Positions 34,430 to 46,016 of a stretch of DNA of 64,000 nucleotides are shown piece by piece. A program made the position numbers and the translations under genes. Below the pieces are notes generated by a model. The model was not told where the DNA came from. It was given only the letters and a program-made list of their open reading frames with translations, and made no database searches. The stretch's first letter is position 1, and every line of letters begins with the position of its first letter. The DNA is from Takakia lepidozioides (lineage: Eukaryota; Plantae; Bryophyta), in contig CM060732.1 in assembly GCA_030704615.1 (NCBI GenBank), forward strand, positions 29,946,001-30,010,000, written 5' to 3'.

Positions 34430-37400
34430 ATTGGCCTTGCCTTCCTAAGGCAGGACTACGCAATGGGTTGCTGATGCTTAGCACCACCAGTGTTTCTTTT
34501 AAGGTATTTACATTGTAGCACAAGTGGCATCCCTTAGAGGAGCATGTTTGGCGCTTGTACAAAATGCGTAGTGGAAATGGCTGGCGATAATATGAGATTT
34601 TGAATGGGTATTGGGCGAGTGAACCTAAAACCGAATAACCCAGAATTGACATAGCAAATTGGAGGGTTTAGGCATCATTGGAGACTAGGCAGAAATTATG
34701 CCAAACACCACCAAAAAAATTTAAACCACCATTCATAAGTAGAAAACCTTAAATTGGCTTATATTGCATTTTAGTCAATCTACACTAAGTGGCATATTTG
34801 AACCCTGGCACAAAAAGACCCTGCCTAATGCTACATGGCACATAGAAATATCAATGTTTGCAAGGCTCTTGGAAATACAAATAAAATTACCAAGTAACTT
34901 GGCTCACAAAGCTTGTAAACAGTAATGACGATTATATGTCACTATGTTTAGTTTTGTGATTTATGGGAGGAAAAAAATGAAAGAAGGAAGAAGATGTGTG
35001 TTTTAGGTTTTTTTGATTTTTAGGTCCTAAACTTGCTGACATGTGTCCTTTCATCCCAAAAACAATGAATAAATGACATTCTCATTCCGTTTTTGTAACC
35101 CTCTGCCACCCTTTTGATTATCATCCTCCTCTGCAGGCACCCTTTTGCCCTCCTCCGCGGCCACCTTTTTCATATTTAGGAACTTTATCATCCCAACCAG
35201 GTTGCTATCAAAAAAACGTTGAGGTGTTAGGAATTGGACACCAAGTTGGTTGGCTCGGAAGGGAGATTTCTACCACTAAGGTACCCATACACATGTTAGA
35301 AATGTATCACTACAAAGTCTATCTATACAGACTATATTATACTTACCCATATATATATATATATGTACAAAAATGGGCAACAAAGCTGGCCCACGTCCTC
35401 CCGCGCACTCAGAATGCGGCGATGTCATGCTCGTGGTCGGTGGGATCTGGCTCCTCTGCTGTAAACTGTCTTCACTCAGTATGGCGCCATGTGCCTCCCT
35501 GTGGCTGCCCCTCTAGCAAATGGTGGGCCCAACAGATAAACTTTTGCCGAAAAGTGATGATTTTTCAGCCTCATTTCCCTTTACCCCTGTCGCCAAGACC
35601 CGCGGGAGGTCGAAATCTGGCGATTATTCGCCACTAAAAGAATGGCTGAGCACCACTACTTTCAATTGTACGCTCCGAATTACGTCGAGACAAGTGTAAC
35701 TAGAATATTTCATCCATATCTGTAATGAATGAAATCCGTTGCATGATAGGCTCATGCATGCGTGACAGGTTGTACTTTGATGGCTTATGTGGCTCGTCAG
35801 GTGGCCATCGTGTGGAAATCTCCTAAGCAATTTAATTTAGAAAAACAAAATTCCATCGTTATTCAGTGTCAAGGCGGACTTCATCTTCTACATTGCATCG
35901 ATATTAATTTCGCTTCGTTGTTACCTTGCAAAGGCGCTACTCTAAAATATCCATAGCCTAGGTTGTCCCAAAAGGACAAGACTTCTGCAATGTCACAGCA
36001 CAACTCTTCAGTTGTGACATGACACCCTTTCAGCTCATTGCATTCCTTCCCCTTGATATAAGGTAATTCAGGTCAGCATAGAAATTCTAGTACAATATCA
36101 TCAAGTGGAGTTCCGACCCTGCCTGACCTGTAAATTTGCAGTTGCACTTAGAATGCTAAGGGTGCTGGATTTTCAATCGATCATTGACCTTACGACTTTA
36201 GTGCCTTTGGTGCTGATCTGCCATGGCAAAAATGAATAGGAGAGGTGAGGCAAGTTAAAGAAGAGACCTTGGCAAGAAGGGCACAAGGAAAGAGTTTGGT
36301 ATTAGCTTCACCGGCCCAACAAAACCAAACATATCGTCTTCCTGCAAATGCTTTCGCTGGCAGTCTACACTCGCACTCAGATCTACTTAGTTTCGAGGCC
36401 CGTTCGAGATGGGGTGATATTAAGTCTAGGTAACATAAAATCCCAAGTCAAAAACAAGTAGAACCACTCAGTTTCCGCCAAGTCTTCAGAATCCAAAGAT
36501 GCAAGCTTTTGGACAGGTTGTTCGGCATATTTTCTGCATTGACAAGGTGTCGTAAAGATCACGCAATTGCTGGGACCGTTGCAGTCCGATTAACTCCTCA
36601 GCTCTTCCACACAAACGTGTGGACTTACGTTATGCCTCATACATTGTCTTGGACGTATGTGGGCGCAGAGGTACTGCACGAATTTTGGTGCAACTCATGA
36701 GCAACCATTTGCCATAGAAACTCGGCCTTCTAAGACCAAGTTGACCCTCCCAAGAATCTTGTAAACACCAAGAAAAATATCAAACCATGATATAGGATCA
36801 AAGCCCACATTTGCAAGATGGACAAGCTGTTTTCTACTCCAAAGCGCTGCCCTTTAAACCTTGGGGTATTCTCATCAAGCTGCGACACTCTTGAGACCGA
36901 ACATAGTCACTGCACCACTATCCACTCACTATTCATCACTAGAAGCATTCGTGTCATTTACCACTAGGGTAACAACTCATTTTGAGTCGTAAAAGTCAAA
37001 AAACTAGGATCGACTAGAAGTTACAACAGACTAGTTACAACAGACGTGGTAGTTAGGTTGGACATCCAATGATTAGAGTGATAAAGGACGTAGACGCGCG
37101 AACAACTGCTCAGCGATTAATGCGATTAATGCTGAAGAACCACGTGGCGTAACCAGGCGGGCCGCCCGTGTGTCTGACCTTTTGGGCTGACTTTGACTTT
37201 TCCCTCCGGATGAGTGGACCGACTCACCGAAGCGTGGTGACACATGGATGCGGACGACGATGTGGACGCCGACGTGGCGGCGCCACAACGAGCAGCACTG
37301 CTGCCACGTGGCCACGGGCCTGGGGCGCCACGTGGTAGTAGACCACATAACTTGCAGTACTACATGCCCAAGTGGCAATTGCGACTGCGGAAGTTGGCGC

Positions 37401-37779
37401 AACCACTGCTTTACTACTTTATATGAAGTGCTCGAAATTACTTGAACAATCATTCATAGTGATTCATGCTTTGGAGTTTTGGTGTTTGTAGTGAGTCGAC
37501 TAATAATGCCATACAAGATAACTAATCATGCATTAGAAATGCACAAACGATGAAAGACATGCCATGAAACAAAATGAAATGAAAATGAATGAAATGAAAC
37601 AAAATGGTACTTTATTACATCTGTGGAAAGCTCAAAGAGCTTATGGGACAAAATGAAAAACACAAAGTAAAAAAGCAGCCCAAAAGCTACTGCTGCTCTG
37701 GGGATTGCCTAAGGGTCAAGGCCTCGTGCAAGTAAGCTGTCAAGCAGTTCTGATCCTCATAATGCAAGACTTCAGTGAG

Positions 37780-38870
37780 TTCCACGGAATAGACCATCTA
37801 CCCATGGAGGTTTCTTGTAGTTATTGATCCACAGGGAATCATAGATAAATCTTGTGCTTGAAATTTGGCCCTCTAGGATGAATCTGGACCACACTCTATC
37901 CCTGCTCCTTCAGCTATCCATGCCCCTACACAAATCATGCATTCATCCTTGCCTTGCTGCTAGTAGCTGACAATGACAACCTACATTTGTTCTAGGAAAC
38001 ATCCAACTCAGCTTATCACACTAGTTCCTATGCTCAATTGCGTCTGCTACTCTCTGAAATGTAGCAGGCATTCACATTTTTGCCTCAGTTGTCCCATCAT
38101 TGACTGGGGGCAGAAAAGTATTCACTCCACAGCTTCTCCTCATGTCTGTTACTTGTTTTTTGATACTTTCCTGTTGTCACATAGCAGTATCATGTTAATG
38201 TCACTCCAAACTAGATTCACTCAACCAGCTAACTTGCAGAATTCAACATGGAAATTTTGGGCCGATTCTGATAAGAGGGAAAAATAGGGTGAAATGTGCT
38301 GAAGAAGATGCCTTCATTAATAATGTCTGATTTTATCAATTGTGCCGTTGCTGCCAGTTGACCATCTACCCATGCAGGTTTCTTGTAGCTTCATAGTTAA
38401 TCTGGAGCTTGAAGTCCGGCCCTCTTGGGTGAATCTGCACCCACACTCTATCCTTGCTCCTTCAGCTATCCATGCCTCGCACGAATCATGCATACAACCT
38501 TGTCTTGTTGCTAGCAGTTGACGATGACAGCCTAGACTTGTTCTAGGAAGCACCCAACTCAACTTATCACACTAGTTCCTACGCTCAATTGCATCTGCTA
38601 CTCTCTATAATCCAACAAACATTCACCTTCTTGCCTCGATTGTCCCACCATTGACTGGGGTCAGAAAAGTATTCATTCCACAACTTCTCCTCGTCTGTGT
38701 TACCTATTTCTGATACTTTCCTGTTGTCACATTGGATAATCATGTCAAAGTCACTCTAAACTATCAAAGCTTCACTCAACCAGCTAACTTGCAGAATTCA
38801 GACATGAATAATTAGGGGCGATTCTAATAACAGGGGACAACAAGGTGAAATTGAAGAAGGTACCTTCATT
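37780..38870 (-). pseudogene. Captured OSB-type PDF-motif exons with intron (two tandem copies) in Pack-CACTA B
   Basis: Reverse complement of about 1310-2390; WNEYFSDPSQWWDNRGKK / GPDFK / SLWI..KPPWV remnants. Confidence 0.7.
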
Positions 38871-41589
38871 AGCAGTCATTACACTCTATCCTTCGCTCAG
38901 CCATATTGTTGAACACTCCCTGTCCACAAGGGTATTGTTCAGAATGACATCTGCCACAATTCCAGCTTTGACGATGCAACCATGGACCTCTTTGCCCTTC
39001 CCCAGCAGGCTCGCACATGCACTACAAACGCAAACAAAATTGGTTGTGGCAAACTGGGAGCAATATGTGTCAGAAGAAACCACTGATACAAATCTACAGC
39101 TTACAGGCTGTCTCTATCCTCAAAATTGGCAGCACATTACCCGCTGCTTCCAGCTTTGACTCTGTGCGTGGGGCCTATCGGACAACATACACCAGCAAGC
39201 CCTCCCCCTATCCTGCATCAACTCATCTCAGTCTTATCAACTGCACAACGTGTGATGGGAGTGAGTGCAACATGGGAAAGAGCCACAACACATGATGAGC
39301 TGTAGAGAAGAAGCAACATCGTGCAAGTAAGGCAAATGATGAAGTAGAAAGACGAGGCAACATGGGAGAAGGGAAAATGGGGTCCAAGGGCTGAGAAGGT
39401 CAACTAGTCAACAATGAGGAATTGGCTCTGGAGCACTATGTTGATGATTAAAGGAAGCAGCAAATACATGTGGGGCATCACAGCAAAGTGCATGCCAACG
39501 AGGGTCAAAATGGTGCAAGAAAGACTCCACGGATGGTGGGCAGCCAAGGGAGATGCGGTGAGACAAGGCACTCATGGCAAGGGAGCTGCCAAGACAAAAC
39601 AGTTGATTAAGCTACGGAGAAAAATGAAAGCACAAGATCAACTACGAGGAAAAGTAGCAATTCAAGCATGGGAGCTGCTGCTAAAACATGAGGAGGAAGA
39701 CATACGAGGTGAAGCATCAAGGGAACCAGTAGAAGATGAGGAAGATGGAGCACACTTTCTTGTCGAAAGTTGGCGGTCGAAGAATGCAACCTAGCAATCA
39801 GAAAGTGAGGCATCCGAGGTTGGACTGCTGCAAAGAGGTACAAAGACAGGAGCTGAGAATGAGATGTTGCCTTTCATTGAAGTTCCCCACACAAGGGCTG
39901 TTTGGCAAGCAAAACCCCAGGCAAGGATGAGAGGTGAATCTGGGATAAAACCAGCAGCTGGGAGTGAGGAAAGACACAAGGAAGGGCAGCAATACCTTGT
40001 CAAATCTGAGGGTGATGGCTGAAGAAAATTAAACAAGGACTGGAAGTATGGGAGCAGCAATCGCATGAAGAAAAATCTGCCTGAGAGGCTGAAGAGTGAA
40101 AGGGAGGAAGACAGGCACCTCGCTTATGAAAAGTGGAAGGGCAAGGTAGAAAACCTGATGCCTGAAATTGATGGGAGCTCGTGGGAGACTGTGCCAAGAA
40201 GACTCCAATCAGCTGTTGCCAACAATCGGACTAGTGAAAGATCGCCCTTGGCTGGCGCAACACCACGAAATAAATGTAGCCCTGATAGCATGGTGAGTGG
40301 GGCACCAACAGAGCCAGAAAATGAGGGAGAAGGAGGAGACTTCCCTGCCAAGAAAGTCACTGACGGGCCTGCAGTGGCATGCAAGGAAAGGAACACCGTA
40401 AGTGTTGCCAACAGATGCAAATCAGTGCTCATTCATTCGAAAGCACCACGGGAGATGAAGGAAAAAACACATGCAGGGACGTTGAAGCATAAAAGAGGAG
40501 AGCACTTCACTTGGGAAGAAAGTGAAGCATTGGAGAACGAGGCTGATGACTGGCAGTCTGAAAAGGAAAGGCGGTTGTGGGAAACCCTGCCAAGACAACC
40601 ATATGGAGAGAATCAAGCAGGTGGGAACTGCCCTTCATTGGGGTGGTGCAAACAAGAGCAAGACCAGAAGCTGAACCACATGAGAAGATAGTGTGTCATC
40701 ACAGATGGAGACCCTGGAAAATGCTCTGCCCAGGAGATGAAGAACATTAGGCAACTAGAAACGTGGGGGGATGAATATGCTCTGCAGTCAACCTGGCTTG
40801 TTGAATGCTTGCATAAGAGATGAGGGGTTGCTGTCAGTACACGACATTGAGTTCATCAAATCCTACAACAGCCCACCATCGCTGCCCACTGCTTACAAAC
40901 TGCCACAAAACAATTTCACAGGACTTACAGATGATAGGTGGAAGGCAAGGCCCCTCGCCATGGGCCAGATTAATTGTATGTTGCAGCCCAGAACAACGAC
41001 GGGAAGTCATCTAGGGCAACAAACCCCATCTTGGCAGCGGCATTCACCTTGAGAGAAGTCAAACTGAACTTGCTCATCATATCGAGTGGGATGGACCAGA
41101 TGTAAAGCTGCCAAGCCAACCACACTCATATTCGCACTCAAGCAACATAAGCTAGAGCCATTTTCAGATTATGAGTACCCGTGTTTTAAGAATACTCCTT
41201 CTTCAACTTGCGGTGAACGGGCAGAAAACTTCACAATGTGCAGCAGATTAATGGACCAAGATGCGGAGCTGAATTGGGTATCCAGTTGGGCAATGCTGGT
41301 TTCAAAACCCCGTTCCATCCCTGCGTTTCGAAGATTTGGCTTGAATGGGCACACTCCGGCAGTGGAAGGCTCACGGAATAATGAGTTTGGGCTGATATGC
41401 ATGCTGACATGCCATGCCGGTGCAAAGAACAACGTTCTGAGTGGTGATTGTGATCTCAAAATTTGCCCCTGCATTCAAGCTGATTTCTCTCTCGAGCAGA
41501 GCCGCCTTGTGGATGTTCCAGCCAGTGTCCAAAAACAGCTCAAGTGCAAGACAACAACATCAGCAAGGCATGGTTAGCTAAGCAAGGTC

Positions 41590-42430
41590 ATGGTGGAGAG
41601 GCATTTGAACTCTCTGAACGTAATGTGGTCGGACTTCACCCCCTCCCACATCAACTGCTCATAGATCTCCAAAACCTGCAATCCCCGCCCCTGTTGTGCA
41701 TGTCCTGCAATCATCACTTTCCACGACACCACATTTTGCTCAACCATATTGTTGAACACTCCCTATCTAGAAGGGTATTCATGTTCAGAATGACATCTAC
41801 CTCAATTCCAGCTTTGACGATGCAACCATGGACCTCTTTGCCCTTCTCCAACAGGCTCGCACATGCACTACAAACACAAACAAACGTAATGTGCTCGGGC
41901 TTCACCCCCTAGACCCACATCATTTGCTCATAGGTCTCCAAAACCCGCAATCCCCGCCCATGTTGTGCATGTTCTGCGATCATCACGTTCCACCACACCA
42001 CATTTCGCTCAGCCATATTGTTGAACACTCATTGTCCACAAGGGAATGCTCCCACGTTTGGCATACATGTCGACGAGATATTGTTACATCTGGTACAGTT
42101 CCAGCTTTGACGATGTCACGATGGACCTCTTTGCCCTTTACCAAGTCTCCAGGGCTGCCAAGTTTGCACATGCATTGCAAACACAAATGAACGTGACCCG
42201 GTTAGGCTGCACCCCTTCTCGCAACATTTGCTCATGTCTCCAATGCCCTCATCCCGCACACATGCTGGCCATATCTTGCAAGATTCAGCGTGTTCCTTGA
42301 GACAACATCTCGTTCAGCCATGTTATCAAACTCTCCCTTCGCAACTTCATAGGTCTCCAAAGCCTCCATCCCACGTCCTTGCTATGCATACCCTGCAAGC
42401 ATCGCATTCCACGACACTACATCTCGGCAA
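41590..42430 (-). pseudogene. Captured PLS-class PPR fragments in Pack-CACTA B (another at about 38880-39050)
   Basis: MFNNMVEQNVVSWKVMIAGHAQQGRG..LEIYEQL and KPEHITFVCVCSACASL.EKGKEVHGCIVKAG..DVILN.TLVD; many frameshifts. Confidence 0.78.
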
Positions 42431-45400
42431 AACAGGCTGAAATACCTCTACCTTGTGTCATGACCCATTGCGGATTAGACTGACCATGAACCCAAGAAGA
42501 CCTCTTGTGCGTGTTGCTTGTATCTGTAGTCAGGTAATGTGGGATTGGTTCATAAGAACCACCACGGTGCAGCTGAGCGGGCAGAGATTAAAATATGGGC
42601 TGCTAAGACCAAGCTGATTCCCCCAAGAACCTTGTGATCATCAGGAAGAATACCAAATCATGGTACAAAGGGGAGCCAAGAGTCCACATTTGCACATAAT
42701 GCGCCCTTGACGCCATAAACGCTTGCAACAACAGGACATAGGCCTCGATTTGGTCTTCGTCCTTCTCGCATCACTTGCTCGTCTCTCTCTCAAGCCTCCA
42801 TCCCTCTCCCAACACTTTGACAAATTCAGGCAAAGGACAAAGTTACTCTTCCACCCTTAGATCACTTTACATCCGACGATTAGAACAATCTCTACGAGCC
42901 ACACAAGCCCTAAAATACATTAAAATATTCCACGTCATGATCCATGTGGAGCACTTATAAAAATTCCATTTTTGAATAGGGTGTGCAATGAATGCCTAGT
43001 TGTTAAGAGTCGTTCTCTAGTGCTTAAAACCACTTGTAATTGTTGTTTTAAAAAAAAAACAATTTACATAATTGAATTAAATCGCCGCGAATATTGCGCC
43101 GACTGCGGAGTCATTGATACAACTTCTATCCGCCATTAGAAATGCGAATTTATCCGTTACGACTGTACAGTAGTAACAAACATCTCAAAGTTGTTCCCTC
43201 AGTGGTTTTGGACATGCAGTCGATTCGGAAAAGACACGAATGCTTCTAGTGCATCAACTCTCAAAATCTACCAAACCCTAGTTATGTTGCGGTGAGTGAC
43301 ATAGTGACAACAGACTCTTCTATGCATGAGAAAAGCTAACTCAACCACCTTCAAAGATCACACACACACAATACACTATCCATAAACCACACATTTTACG
43401 ACTTAGCTCACACACCTAATCATGCAGGCTCACACATGTAGGACTTCGCTAAACTCTAGATGAAGACGAAGAAGTGGAATCGAAAAAGTGTCCATGACTC
43501 TATATCCCACATAGCTGGCACCACGCACTCTTCAGCCACTCATATTGTGTCACGTGTATATGTGAGTCATGTCCCCTAGCTGTAGTGAAAGATTTTACTA
43601 GTCAGTCAATTATATGCTTCCAAGCCAAAAATTTTAAATTACTGTAGTGAATGGGTAATTAATATTTTTTGCTTAAATTTTTAAATTTTTAAGGTCAGAT
43701 TTAAATTATATATTCTCTGTTTGGCCATATCTCGGTCATATGAAACCTGATTGACGCAGTTATTGGGGGAATAGCCAGAGGGCTCACAATACTACCCATG
43801 CACACGTGATCGGCCTTCTACCAAGAACTGTGGATTTTTTCAAAGTAATTTGGTTTTTCCTTGGATATGTTGTCACTTTCAATGTATGAACTACTTAAGT
43901 ATTATTTAAGCCACATATGGTCTTTAGATGAAAATATCCAAATGTTTATATACATTTGAATTGTTGTACATATTGCTTTGAAAAATTTGCCACTACAATT
44001 AGCTATTGAATATTGGGGGGAGATGAATCAAGCCAAAGGGGCTGGAAGTTAAGGAAGTTGACTTGGGGTCACTGTCAAGGAACAGGTTCCATTGATAGTC
44101 CTATGGGATGAAGGAGACGTTCATCAACAGATCAAGTGAGGGATTATCGTTGGAAGGTGACCTCTTGACAGAAAAACGCGAGCCGAGGTTCTTTTGGATA
44201 GCAGGAAGGAGGAAGCAGAGGATAACAACATAACAACATTGAAGGAATCTGAAAGAAGAAGCCGGGCCTGAATCTTCCAAGCTTCTGCAGACTCTTGAGA
44301 TCGATAGGAGACAAGGGTGTCCGTTGGGTGTTCTTCCTCTCACCGCAAAATGCGGAGCTTCCCGTTGCCCCCATCGCCCGCCTCGAATCCTTGCATTCAT
44401 ACTCACTACCCCGAAAAATTGAAACCATCCTAAACTATTTACAGGCAGAGATTGGCAAAAAAGGGATTTCCTACTTGTATCCCAGCTCAGGCCAACTATT
44501 GCGTGAGCCGGCAAAGAGTTTCGGCCAAGAAAAAGGGGCCACGTGCGTCATCAAAACCGATGAACTGACGGTGGCTGTTTTGTGTGAGCCCGTTTTATGT
44601 GGGCCCCCCATGGCACCCGTTGCCGGCAAATGGCCAGACCCAGCCCCCATCTGCTTGCCATGTGGTAAAGTCAATCCTGATGGAGGGTCCCAAAACTTCG
44701 AATTTGGGGTATCCCGGGCACTCCAAAAATTCCTGACGACAGTCCTTTAGTGGGTGCCATCAACGCAGGGGGTTGCAGAACTTAATGAGCTACATTTTTC
44801 ATTCAGGGCTCGATTTCACAAATTTTTCATCCATTCGAAATTTAGTCGCGACACGTTTTGCGTCGTCCTTTAGGGGCTAAACCCAGAATTTTGGGAGTAA
44901 CATATGAACTTAGGCCTGCCAAAATCTGTGCCTCTCTGCCTGTGGCCTCCTTAGAACATCCCCACCCTACACTGAACGCAATACTCCATCGGAATATCAT
45001 CGTATATAGTTTCAAGGTGGCGGGAAACATCCACACCCTTGCCCTGAACCCTATATCCCATAAAAAGCGGCACTGAATATCGTTCACTGACCCAGAGCGC
45101 CTCGTTCAAGCCCTGAACATGCCCCTGAATCCAAGTCAACGTGACCATGCCACCCTTCCTACCAATGGGAGCCGAGGTTGGGGGGGGGATAGCATGGGCA
45201 ATTCAGGGACAAGGGTATGCTCGAGTTGAGGCTGCCTCGCCAGAGAACCCAACAGGCCCTGATTCGATCACGATATTTTGGCTTACAAGGAGTCATTCGG
45301 GCTCAAGGGTGGGGATGCTCTTACACTTCTTTTCTTCCTGATCTACCAATTTCTCCACTCCTTGGTTAGTCTCTTCCTGTTCCTGGTCTGGGTGGTACCC

Positions 45401-45510
45401 ACTCTGTAAGCCCTCATGTCCTCGCATGGTTATTTTTTCCATACTTCCTCCCCTGTTTTATTTTTTAAAATAATAATAATAATAAATTAAGTGTGTGAAG
45501 TAAAGTTGAA

Positions 45511-45588
45511 GGCACATGTTGAAGGATTGAACCCGGGATCACCATGTACAGGCAATGCACAAATACCCAACCACTGGGCTACATGCTC
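45511..45588 (-). other. tRNA-derived element (SINE head or tRNA pseudogene)
   Basis: Minus strand has box A GTAGCCCAGTGG and box B GGTTCAATCC, with an acceptor-like stem GAGCATGT/ACATGTGC and an AT-rich tail. The anticodon arm is non-canonical. Confidence 0.5.
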
Positions 45589-45626
45589 ACATAAGTGAAG
45601 AGAGTGTTTTTTTGTTGACTAACTTA

Positions 45627-45971
45627 GGCCCACTTTACACTAGGGCCCAAGCCCAAGACCAAGTGAGAATGGAGCACTCCCATTGGCGAAAATTGGGCCC
45701 AACGATCTTTACAGTACGGCCCGAGCCCAAGAAAATGGGAGTGGGTCATTTTCTTACATGGCACAAGTTTTGGCGCCAACTTCTTGGGCCGGACCAAGAA
45801 AAAGGAACCCTCCTAAAATGGAGACCCAACTCTCAGCTCTTGGGCCCAGGAAGTTTGGTATTAAAATAGATTATTTTTGTGATTGTTTGATAATGACCAT
45901 CAAGTTGGTCCAAGACCAGTGGTAGAAATTGGGCCGATTTCTGGGGCTTGGGCCCTAGTGTAAAGCGGCCC
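45627..45971. mobile_element. PIF/Harbinger (Tourist-like) MITE, 345 bp
   Basis: About 28-bp TIRs GGCCCACTTTACACTAGGGCCCAAGCCC / GGGCTTGGGCCCTAGTGTAAAGCGGCCC, with TTA TSD at 45624-45626 and 45972-45974. Confidence 0.88.
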
Positions 45972-46016
45972 TTAGTGGGAGAGGAGCAGTAAGAGAGGCT
46001 GATAACTCGACCCAAG

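Larger units (their letters stand above)
36937..43251. mobile_element. Complete non-autonomous Pack-CACTA element, copy B (6315 bp)
   Basis: Perfect 19-bp TIRs CACTAGAAGCATTCGTGTC (36937-36955) and GACACGAATGCTTCTAGTG (43233-43251), with 3-bp TSD CAT on both sides. No transposase; internal PPR, PDF-motif and LINE fragments. Confidence 0.93.

Noticed and set aside
36729-42700. Shared TAAGACCAAG-initiated segment at about 36729 and 42601 as paired LTRs
   Set aside because: The copies are short and diverged, one lies outside and one inside the Pack-CACTA, and there is no retroelement interior; treated as independent remnants.
44040-45450. Degenerate retroelement ORF1/gag-protease on the minus strand
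   Set aside because: Coding-like composition, but no motif clear enough to assign.
45511-45588. Functional tRNA gene
   Set aside because: Boxes A and B are present, but the anticodon arm and spacing are non-canonical.
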